Made by a program: the position numbers and the translations under genes. A model generated the notes under the pieces. That model worked only from the letters and a program-made list of their open reading frames with translations, did not search any database and was not told the DNA's origin. From assembly GCA_044229975.1 (NCBI GenBank), contig JBGARZ010000003.1, positions 64,001-128,000 on the forward strand: 64,000 nt of DNA. Reading direction: 5' to 3'. How positions within the stretch are numbered: position 1 is the stretch's first letter; each line of letters begins with the position of its first letter. This document shows, in pieces, positions 1-12,374 of this stretch. Source of the stretch: Polyangiales bacterium (GTDB lineage: Bacteria > Myxococcota_A > Polyangia > Polyangiales > Ga0077539).

Positions 1-64
1 AGTCCCGCTCCTCGCACCAACGCCTCGGACGAGTGACCGCGAACGGAAGAGAAGGGTCGACCCG

Positions 65-418
65 ATGCCCCTGAGCCTCCACTCGGAATACCTGATGGGC
101 TACCTGGCGGGCGCACGATCGATGGACCCGCGCGCCGCCGCTTCCCTCGCCCAGGCGGGCTGCGAGGACACCACCCAGTCCAAGGCGCTGCTCCGGGCGC
201 TCGCGCTCGGGATGTCCGACGGGCGCCGCGGTCGCGCGCTACGTGAGGGTCACGAGGTGCGGCTGCACGTGCTCGCCCAGCTCACACGCGAGAGCAGCCC
301 CGGCCCCATGGGACGCTCGCGCCGGTCGACGGTCATCCCCGCGGTCGACAGCGACGCGCCGAGCGACCCGTCCATCGCCATCGAAGACTTCATCCGCCAG
401 GCCGCCGAGCTGAAGTAG
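65..418 (+). CDS. Hypothetical protein (117 aa)
   Basis: ATG-started ORF with GC3-biased codons and a purine-rich upstream tract; no recognised motif. Confidence 0.6.
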   Translation: MPLSLHSEYLMGYLAGARSMDPRAAASLAQAGCEDTTQSKALLRALALGMSDGRRGRALREGHEVRLHVLAQLTRESSPGPMGRSRRSTVIPAVDSDAPSDPSIAIEDFIRQAAELK

Positions 419-1025
419 TCGGCGGGCTCGCGAGGTCGCAGTCCCACAGCTCGACGTCGGCGTGCGCGCGCCGCGGCGCCTCCACCGACTGCGCGTGCGG
501 CGCCCACGGCGCGAAGCGCCAGCCGTCGCTCGCGAGCACGAGACCCTCCAGCCACGCGGCCCAGCGATGCTCGCCCCGGGCACCCACCACCAGCACCCGT
601 TCGACCAGCAGCGTTCGGCGCAAGAACCCTTCGCCCCCGCCCGCTTCGACCACCCGCACGCCGCGCGCGCACCAGCCGATCACCGAGCTACCGCGCCAGC
701 GATCCCACGCAAACCAGCGACGGTCGCGGGGTCCCGGCACCATCCCGACGAAGGTGGCGCGGCCGCGCGTGATGGCCTCGGCGCTCATCCACCCTTCCAT
801 CTGCGCGTCGGTCAGCCGAAGCGACCGATAGCCGTCGCGACCGGCCTCCGACAGCGCTCGCACCACCCGTGGGAGCCCCTCGTCGAGACGCGCGCGAGCG
901 AAGGCCGAGGGCGCGATCGCGGGCGGGAGGTCCATGGGTCGCAAGCCCATCGACGGCGGCGCCGACGCGCACCCGAGGGAGAGCGCGAAGATCCACAGGC
1001 CGGCGGGGTCAGCGCCCCGCGGCAC
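390..1025 (-). CDS. Hypothetical exported protein or lipoprotein
   Basis: Likely GTG start at 1025 overlapping the upstream gene's stop; hydrophobic segment LWIFALSLGC resembles a lipobox; last gene of a minus-strand run. Confidence 0.6.
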   Translation of the reverse strand: MPRGADPAGLWIFALSLGCASAPPSMGLRPMDLPPAIAPSAFARARLDEGLPRVVRALSEAGRDGYRSLRLTDAQMEGWMSAEAITRGRATFVGMVPGPRDRRWFAWDRWRGSSVIGWCARGVRVVEAGGGEGFLRRTLLVERVLVVGARGEHRWAAWLEGLVLASDGWRFAPWAPHAQSVEAPRRAHADVELWDCDLASPPTTSARRPGG

Positions 1026-2709
1026 CGTCCGATTCCCAACGCATCCACAACCCCTGGACGCTGCTCCCAGCGCCGCGACGCGCCTCGACCGTGAGCCGCT
1101 CGGCGCCCGCGCCGCAGCGCCGCACCGCGACGCTCCCGCTGGACTCCTCCGACGCAAGCAAGGCCCCCGACGCGTCACGCAGCGTGAGGGCGATGGGCTC
1201 GTCCCCGCCCGCCGCCACGCCCACGCGGACGCATCGACCATCGGGCCGATCGACCTGCTGCGATGCGACGCCGCCCGCTGCCCATTGCACGGGCGTCGGC
1301 GCTCCCGCGAGCCGCAGACCTGCATCGGCGAGCGCGATCATCGTCAGCGCCGACGCGGTGGTCTCCGGAGCGCCAGTCGGCGCCCATGGTGGTGTCGCGA
1401 AGGAGAGCGAGCGCATCTGCACCGCGCCCGATCCACGCTCGGCCATGACGCGCGCCGCGGTGTTGAGCACCGCGGTGCCCGCGCATCGTGCGACCGCCGA
1501 GACGGCGCCGCGTTGGAGTCCGCCCGTGACCCGCGCCGGAACCTCCTCCACCGCCTCGACGCGCACCCGCGCCACGGAAGGAGCACCACCAGCCAGCACC
1601 ATCGCGCACCGCCCCGCGGCGACCGACAGCGGCCGCGCACGCATCTCGCCCGGTTGCAGCGTGATGGGCGCCAACGCTACATCGCTCTGCGGCGCTGCGA
1701 TCTGCGCCGCCGTCAACCGCGTCGTCACCGAGGCGAGCGACTGCTCGACCGTCTGCTGGTCCCCGACGCCACGCCGCACGCCGAGCCACAGCGCTCCTTC
1801 GCCCCCGACGCTCGATGCGTCGGCGTTGAACGCGTGCAGCACCACCGCACCGCCGCCCGACCGTCGCTCGACGCGCACCGAGAGCGGCCCTTCAGCCCCC
1901 GGGCAGAACTGCGCCGCCGCGTCGCGACCACCCTGCGGATCACCCGCGAGCTCGTCGAGGTCGCCGTCGAGGACGCTGACCGTGAGCGAGCTCGACTCCT
2001 CCACCGAAAACGCCGCCACCGTGTAGCAGCGGTCAGGCGTCACCTGGAGCGGGAGGATCATCGACCCCGCGCCGCCGAAGTCCACCGAGCGGGGGTCGCC
2101 GTAGCCCTGAAACCCACGGCGCGCGATGCCGTCGCGAAAGGCGGTGAGGCGACGCTCGAGCGCTCCGTCGGCGCCCGCTGCGCCGGTCGCCGCGCCCGGG
2201 TGTCCACCCATCGCGCGCGCCACGGCGTTGAGCCCCTCCCGGTCGCTCGCAAAGACCAGCACTGCGTAGGCGCCCTGCCCCTCGAAGGCTTCGAGCGCGT
2301 GATAGACCCGGCGCGCCGTCGTGGCGCAGAGCTGCACCGTCGGGTGCGCGTCGACCTCGACGTCCTCCACCACGAGGTCGCCGCCCGGATCGAAGAGGTG
2401 CGCGTCGAGGTCGCGGATGGCCGGCGACCCCACCGCCACGATGGACACGCACTGCCCTGCGGCCACCTCCACCGCGTGCGTCACCTGCCCATGCGGCGCG
2501 AGAAAGCCGCGCGCCAGCACCCGATCGAAGCGCACGCCGCCCACCGCCACGCTCGCGCGCAGCTCGTCGACCCGCCCGCGCAACACATCGTCCTGAACGC
2601 CCGTCGACGCTCCCGTCGCGCTCGTGGTGGTCGTGGTGGTCGTCGACGGGAGCTGCGAGTGGCAACCGAGCGCCGACGCGACCGCGAACCCCAACACCGC
2701 GCGCCTCAT
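1009..2709 (-). CDS. Lipoprotein with four PPC-like (pre-peptidase C-terminal-like) two-Cys beta domains
   Basis: Signal MRRAVLGFAVASALGC, poly-Thr linker, four repeats such as GQCVSIVAVG..DLDAHLFDPGG..DAHPTVQLC; ATGA overlap with the upstream stop at 2706-2709. Confidence 0.75.
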   Translation of the reverse strand: MRRAVLGFAVASALGCHSQLPSTTTTTTTSATGASTGVQDDVLRGRVDELRASVAVGGVRFDRVLARGFLAPHGQVTHAVEVAAGQCVSIVAVGSPAIRDLDAHLFDPGGDLVVEDVEVDAHPTVQLCATTARRVYHALEAFEGQGAYAVLVFASDREGLNAVARAMGGHPGAATGAAGADGALERRLTAFRDGIARRGFQGYGDPRSVDFGGAGSMILPLQVTPDRCYTVAAFSVEESSSLTVSVLDGDLDELAGDPQGGRDAAAQFCPGAEGPLSVRVERRSGGGAVVLHAFNADASSVGGEGALWLGVRRGVGDQQTVEQSLASVTTRLTAAQIAAPQSDVALAPITLQPGEMRARPLSVAAGRCAMVLAGGAPSVARVRVEAVEEVPARVTGGLQRGAVSAVARCAGTAVLNTAARVMAERGSGAVQMRSLSFATPPWAPTGAPETTASALTMIALADAGLRLAGAPTPVQWAAGGVASQQVDRPDGRCVRVGVAAGGDEPIALTLRDASGALLASEESSGSVAVRRCGAGAERLTVEARRGAGSSVQGLWMRWESDGAAGR

Positions 2710-4046
2710 CGCGACGCCCCCTGTCGATATCCCCACAGCACGAACTCTCCTCGCCCCGACGGCGTGCGCGCGTGAAGGTACGCGGGCGTGGTGCGCGTCG
2801 GGCAGCTCCAGACCTGGGCGGGCGACCGCGCCCCCGTAAATGCCGACAACACGGCTCCGTCACGACGGGTGAGCCAGAGGTCCACCACGCCCGGCGAGCC
2901 GTCCGCCACGGCCGCGAAGCGCTGGCACTCGCCCGCTCGCAAGAGCACCGGGAGCGTGTGCTCGGCGCCCAGCCACGCCGAGCCGATGGTCGGCCGCAGG
3001 GTCATGGTCCAGCCCTCCGCGCGGGCCGATGCGTCGAGGGCGACGGCCGCTGCGCGAAGCCGGTCGGGCACCGTTCCCGCGGCGAGTGACGCGTCGGGCG
3101 TCGGCGCCTCCGCCAACGCGAGCGACCACTCGCCGGAGCCCGAGTAGAGCCGCAGCTCCACCGCGTGCGGCCCGCTGTCGCGCGCGCAGAAGGTCACCTC
3201 CGGCCGCGCGTCGAGACCGAGGTCCTGCCCGAGCACCTCACCCGACGGCGCGCGCACCACGAGATCGATGTCCTCCACGCGCTCACCACCAAACGCGATG
3301 GCCGTGTAGCAGCGACCGCCCGAGAGGTTCCACGGGTGCTGCTCGCTGCGGCCGCGCGGCATGTTGCCCTGCACCACCGCCCCTTCGCGCCGGAAGCCCC
3401 GCGCCGTCATCGCCGCGAGCGCCGTCTCGATGGCCTCGTTGGGTGGCCGCGTAGCCGGGTCGCGCCCGAGCGCACCGCGCGGCGTACGCACCCCGTTGGA
3501 GACGCCTCGCGGCCGGTCGCGCAACACGTCGCCGAGCGGGGGCGCCAGCGTCGGCGGATCGGCCATGCCCAGCACCGCGACCTCACCGCTACCCGCGACC
3601 GACGTCGCCACCACGAACATCGTCACGGGCCCCGCCGCGCAGGCCCGCACGAAGGGGTGCGCGTCGTCGCGCGTGTCGTGACCGAGCTCGACGCCCTCGC
3701 CATTGAGCACCCGCAGGTCGAGGTTGGCCGTCTCCGGCATACCCACCACGGTAAACCCGAGGCACTGCGCCCGCTCGGTGCGAACCGTCACCCCGTGCGA
3801 GCGACCACTGCGCAGGAAGGCAACCGACGCCTCGTCGAAGGGGTGCGCCCCGCGCTCACGAAACGCCGCGCGCACCTGCGCCACCCGCTCGGCGAGCTCG
3901 GGCACCGGCGCGATGGAGACGACGGGGTCGCGTGACACGACGGGCGCGGCGACCGTGGGCGGGCGAGCGGTGGCGCAGCTCATCATCAGCGACGCCATCG
4001 CGAGGCCAGGGGCCGACGAGCGTCTACGCAGCGCGGTGGGCTCCAT
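2706..4046 (-). CDS. Lipoprotein with three PPC-like two-Cys beta domains
   Basis: Lipobox-like LMMSC; repeats AQCLGFTVVG..NLDLRV..DAHPFVRAC, GRCYTAIAFG..DIDLVV..DARPEVTFC, GECQRFAAVA..VDLWL..AQVWSC. Confidence 0.75.
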   Translation of the reverse strand: MEPTALRRRSSAPGLAMASLMMSCATARPPTVAAPVVSRDPVVSIAPVPELAERVAQVRAAFRERGAHPFDEASVAFLRSGRSHGVTVRTERAQCLGFTVVGMPETANLDLRVLNGEGVELGHDTRDDAHPFVRACAAGPVTMFVVATSVAGSGEVAVLGMADPPTLAPPLGDVLRDRPRGVSNGVRTPRGALGRDPATRPPNEAIETALAAMTARGFRREGAVVQGNMPRGRSEQHPWNLSGGRCYTAIAFGGERVEDIDLVVRAPSGEVLGQDLGLDARPEVTFCARDSGPHAVELRLYSGSGEWSLALAEAPTPDASLAAGTVPDRLRAAAVALDASARAEGWTMTLRPTIGSAWLGAEHTLPVLLRAGECQRFAAVADGSPGVVDLWLTRRDGAVLSAFTGARSPAQVWSCPTRTTPAYLHARTPSGRGEFVLWGYRQGASR

Positions 4047-4061
4047 GCGGCGGATCGTAGT

Positions 4062-5672
4062 CTACGCCGGTCGTTCGAGGCGTTGGAGCTCGACGTCGAG
4101 GCCGCCGAGGTCGACCCGCTGCCACTGCGTGAGCTTGAGCCCGGCGCGAACACCAGCCTGCCGCACCCGATGATCCATCGGGCAGAGCCACACCATGCGA
4201 CCGCCCGGAACGAGCGAACGCGCGACGTGGGAGACGAAGCGTTCCAGCAACGACCCGACGTCCTGACCAAAGCCCACGCGGTGACCCATCGGAGGGTTGG
4301 TGATGATGAGCGAGACGCCCTCCGGCGCCGGGTCGAGGGCGTCGCCCTTCACGAAGCTCACCCGCGCGAAGCCCGTGAGGTTGAGCCGCGCGGCGTCGAG
4401 CGCCTTCGCGTCGAGGTCACGACCTTCCATGCGCGCGTACGGACCCAAGCGGCCGCGCTCGACGAGCTCCAGGCCAGACCCGACGAAGGGGTCCCACACC
4501 ACGTCCTCGGCGAAGGCGCCCGCGACACGGGCGAGCGACGCCGCGACCGTCGGGTGCGAAGAGGCGGCAACCTCCGCCCGTCGATAGCCGAAGCGCGGAT
4601 CGTTCAAGCGCCGCGGCCGCAGGAACACCTGCACCCGGTCGGGCATGTCGCGCACCTCGATCTCCCAGGTGGAGTCCTTCGGGTCGTTGACCAGTGCGGG
4701 ACAGAGCGCCGCGATGCGCGACACGCAGCGCCAGGTGAGCGCGCGCTGGTGGCCGCCCTCCGCCCACGCGAGGCGGTAGCGGATGGTGCGGACGGTGAAG
4801 CTCTCCAGGATGCGCAGCGAGCCCTGCGAGAGCACCGCCGCGACGACGGCGTCGGCGAGGTCACCGCCCGGCTGCTTCATCACCGGCGGAATCACGAACG
4901 CGAGGCTCTGGAAGATGCGCGACCGGAAGATGGTCTCCAGCGATCCCGACAGCATCACGCGGACGCGCCCGGGGCCCACCACCACGGGACCCCACGACGC
5001 GTCGAACTCCGCCGCCAGCAACGACTCCAGGCCCCGCTTGCAGGTGAGCTCCACCGTCGCCGCCGCGCGCGGAACGCCTCGGCCCTCCACCGTCGACCCG
5101 GTGCCCCGGTGCATGGTGCGCTCGACCATCAGCGTCGCCTGCTCGATGGCCTTCTGCAGCCGCGGATCACCGCTCGCCACCCGCTGCATCAGCGCGCGCG
5201 TCTTGATGCCCCCGACGCGCCCGAGCGACGTCGCGATGGACACCCGGTGGTCGATGCGCTCCTCGCGATCCCACGCGGCGAGCAGCGCGTCCTCGGCCTC
5301 GGGCACCGTCGAGCGACCCAGCGCCAGCACCGCGTTGCGCCTCGTCTTGGCGTCCTCGTCTTCGAGCCGCGCGATGACCCAGCGCCACATCTCGTCGGCG
5401 CGCGCCCCCAGCGTCGGCACCGCGAGCAGCTTGCCGATGAGCTTCACCAGCCGTCCCCTCAGCGGAGGCTTCGAGCCCGAGAAGCGCTCCAGCGCCCGGT
5501 CGAGCGCCTCTTCGGGGTGCGCGAGCACCGCCCGCAGGATGTCTTCCACGGCGTCATCGTCGTCGGTGCCCAGCGACGCCACCAGCGGGTCGATGTCCTT
5601 GCGCTTCGGGGTGAACCCCTTGTCGCGCAGAGCCACCAGCAGCGCCCTCCCCTGTCGTTGCGCGAGTTCCAT
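4062..5672 (-). CDS. HEAT-repeat plus class I SAM-dependent (RlmL/TrmN-like) RNA methyltransferase
   Basis: N-terminal HEAT-like helices (DAKTRRNAVLALGRS, HRVSIATSLGRVG), THUMP-like middle (LTCKRGLESLLAAE), C-terminal WDPFVGSG SAM motif and NPPMG motif. Confidence 0.75.
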   Translation of the reverse strand: MELAQRQGRALLVALRDKGFTPKRKDIDPLVASLGTDDDDAVEDILRAVLAHPEEALDRALERFSGSKPPLRGRLVKLIGKLLAVPTLGARADEMWRWVIARLEDEDAKTRRNAVLALGRSTVPEAEDALLAAWDREERIDHRVSIATSLGRVGGIKTRALMQRVASGDPRLQKAIEQATLMVERTMHRGTGSTVEGRGVPRAAATVELTCKRGLESLLAAEFDASWGPVVVGPGRVRVMLSGSLETIFRSRIFQSLAFVIPPVMKQPGGDLADAVVAAVLSQGSLRILESFTVRTIRYRLAWAEGGHQRALTWRCVSRIAALCPALVNDPKDSTWEIEVRDMPDRVQVFLRPRRLNDPRFGYRRAEVAASSHPTVAASLARVAGAFAEDVVWDPFVGSGLELVERGRLGPYARMEGRDLDAKALDAARLNLTGFARVSFVKGDALDPAPEGVSLIITNPPMGHRVGFGQDVGSLLERFVSHVARSLVPGGRMVWLCPMDHRVRQAGVRAGLKLTQWQRVDLGGLDVELQRLERPA

Positions 5673-5675
5673 GGA

Positions 5676-7349
<1,674 letters not shown>

Positions 7350-7517
7350 CGGTCTTTCGCCTCTGCGGGGGAGTATCTCCGGTCGTCTGGCGAACGAGCC
7401 CGTCGCCCTCCCGGGACCGTGTTTTCTATCACGACTCACGTCGGCCCCGTCCAACCCGAACGCAACCCCCGAACGTCCCGCACACCCTTTCACGCGGAGC
7501 GCGCTTCCGGGACGGAG

Positions 7518-9005
7518 ATGAGTCATCCTCCGGCCTGGAGACTCAACCCACCCGTGCGCCACACGCTCGTCATCTCGGATGTGCATCTGTGCGAGGGCGT
7601 CCCCGGCGACGACCTCTGGATGCGCTGGCGTCAGAACCCGTACTTCCCGGACACGGAGTTTGGCGCCGTGGTCGACCACCTCCTGGGCTCGGCCCTCGAC
7701 GATGGCGACCTCGTCGACCTCGTGTTCAATGGAGACCTCTTCGACTTCGACGCCGGCCGCGTGATGGACGGCAAGGCCCAGTTCGAAGACCTCCCGCGCA
7801 CCGAGTCCATCGCCATCGACCTCATCGATCGCATCCTCGTCGACCACGAGGGCTACGTGGCCGCCCTCGGTCGCCTGCTGCGCGCGGGCCATCGGGTGAT
7901 CTTCGTGTCGGGCAACCACGACCCGCAGCTCGGCTTCCCGGGCGTCCGCATCCGCCTGCGCGAGAGGCTCGCCGCCGCCGCCGGGCACGCCCGCTTCGGC
8001 GATCAGGTGCTCTTCCGCGCGTGGTTCTGGCAGGGGCCCGACGGCATCCACGTCGAGCACGGCAACCAGTACGACACGTACTGCTCGTTCCGGTACCCGA
8101 TGGCGCCCTTCCTGCCGCCTGAGCGCGGCAAGGATCGCGAGATCCACGCCACCGTCGGCTCCATGGCCTTCCGCCTCCTCGGTGCGCGCCTGGGCTTCCT
8201 CAACCCCCACGTCGACACGTCCTTCCTCATGGACCTCGACGAGTACCTGCGACACTGGATCAAGCACTACCTCTTCACCGACCACTCGCTCGCGGTGACG
8301 TGGTTCAAGGGCGCGTACACCATCGCGACGCGCGTCGCGCTCGGTCGCGACAAGGGCTCGCCCGACCGCGCCGACCAGGACGTGCAGGCCGCCTCGCACG
8401 AGACCGGCGCCGACGTCGACGACATCGCCCAGCACCGCGCCCTCTTCGCTGCGCCCGCCGAGGAGTCGTTTCACCGCGTGCTGCGGGAGTTCTGGGTCGA
8501 CCGCATGACCCTCGGCGCGCTCTCCACCATCGCCATCGTGACGCCGCTGCTCTTCCGCAACCGCACGGCGGTGGGCATCGCCGTCGGCCTGCCGCTGCTC
8601 TTCGCGGCGTACGAGCTCGCGACGCCGAAGATCACCCTCGACGACAACTACCGGCACATCGCCACACGCGCCGAGACCATCCAGAAGATCTACCGCTTGA
8701 AGGCGGTGATCTTCGGCCACACACACGTCCCCTACGGGCGCTGGCAGGAGGGCGTCTTCTACGGCAACTCGGGCACCTGGTCGGCCGCCTACCGCGACCT
8801 GGAGTGCAGCGTGCCGGTCGACCCGCGCGGCAAGCCCGTCATCTGGCTGCGCGCCGACCGCGGTCGCCTCTCCGGCGGCCTCCACCGCTGGAACGGCCAC
8901 GCCCTCGTGCCCGACTTCGAGAAGATCGCGCCCGTCGACCACGCGCACTTCAGCGAGTCCGTTCCGCCGCCGCCCGATGGCGAGCCCGTGACGGTGCCGA
9001 CGTGA
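7518..9005 (+). CDS. Calcineurin-like metallophosphoesterase with an internal hydrophobic hairpin
   Basis: Motifs SDVH, GDLFD, GNHD, HGNQYD and GHTH; start is ATG 7518 or GTG 7554; the 5' part of the 4083 ORF is antisense shadow. Confidence 0.85.
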   Translation: MSHPPAWRLNPPVRHTLVISDVHLCEGVPGDDLWMRWRQNPYFPDTEFGAVVDHLLGSALDDGDLVDLVFNGDLFDFDAGRVMDGKAQFEDLPRTESIAIDLIDRILVDHEGYVAALGRLLRAGHRVIFVSGNHDPQLGFPGVRIRLRERLAAAAGHARFGDQVLFRAWFWQGPDGIHVEHGNQYDTYCSFRYPMAPFLPPERGKDREIHATVGSMAFRLLGARLGFLNPHVDTSFLMDLDEYLRHWIKHYLFTDHSLAVTWFKGAYTIATRVALGRDKGSPDRADQDVQAASHETGADVDDIAQHRALFAAPAEESFHRVLREFWVDRMTLGALSTIAIVTPLLFRNRTAVGIAVGLPLLFAAYELATPKITLDDNYRHIATRAETIQKIYRLKAVIFGHTHVPYGRWQEGVFYGNSGTWSAAYRDLECSVPVDPRGKPVIWLRADRGRLSGGLHRWNGHALVPDFEKIAPVDHAHFSESVPPPPDGEPVTVPT

Positions 9006-9535
9006 AGTTCGAGTCCATTGCAACGCTGGCCGCACCGCGCGCGCGGGTGTTCGCGATCTACCGCGACGAGATGCAGGCGCTTCAACCCTACCTGCCCAAC
9101 ATCCGCAGCATCACCACCACCGAGCGTCGCACCGACGGCGCCATCACCCGGATGAGCAGCGACTGGGCCGCGAGCGCCGAGCTCCCCGCCATCGCGAAGC
9201 GCTTCGTCGACGGCAACGCCACCGGCTGGACCGACCACGCCACCTGGGACGAGTCGCGCTGGACCTGTACGTGGCGCACCGTCCCGCACGCCTTCCGCGA
9301 GGCGGTCACGTCCAACGGCGGCCACGTCTTCGAGGCGATCAACGACAACGAGACGCGCGTCACCGTGACCGGGATCGTCGAGGTCGACGTCGCGAAGATC
9401 GCGGGCGTCCCGCGACTGCTCGCGGGGACGATCCGGCCGGTGGTGGAGACCTTTGTGGTGGGGAGCGTGAGGGACAACCTCGACGCCTTCGCGAAGGCCG
9501 TCGCGCGCTACCTCGCCGAACACCCGGCGAAGTAG
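9002..9535 (+). CDS. SRPBCC/START-like (DUF2505-like) ligand-binding protein
   Basis: GTGA overlap with the previous stop; helix-grip-like pattern (APRARVFAIYRD ... WTDHATWDESRWTCTW ... C-terminal amphipathic helix). Confidence 0.7.
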   Translation: MKFESIATLAAPRARVFAIYRDEMQALQPYLPNIRSITTTERRTDGAITRMSSDWAASAELPAIAKRFVDGNATGWTDHATWDESRWTCTWRTVPHAFREAVTSNGGHVFEAINDNETRVTVTGIVEVDVAKIAGVPRLLAGTIRPVVETFVVGSVRDNLDAFAKAVARYLAEHPAK

Positions 9536-9548
9536 CCGCGGCGCGGGC

Positions 9549-12269
<2,721 letters not shown>

Positions 12270-12374
12270 GACGGGGCGGTGTCTAGCGTCCGGCGCGGTC
12301 CTGCGTCAACGGACCGTCCCCCCTGAGCGCTCCCGCCCAATGCTGCGGCTGGCTCTCGAAAAACCTCCCCTTCA

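Noticed and set aside
7452..7475. Short direct repeat caacccgaacg / caacccccgaacg in the ettA-phosphoesterase gap
   Set aside because: Two imperfect copies only; it could be an operator but cannot be distinguished from chance.
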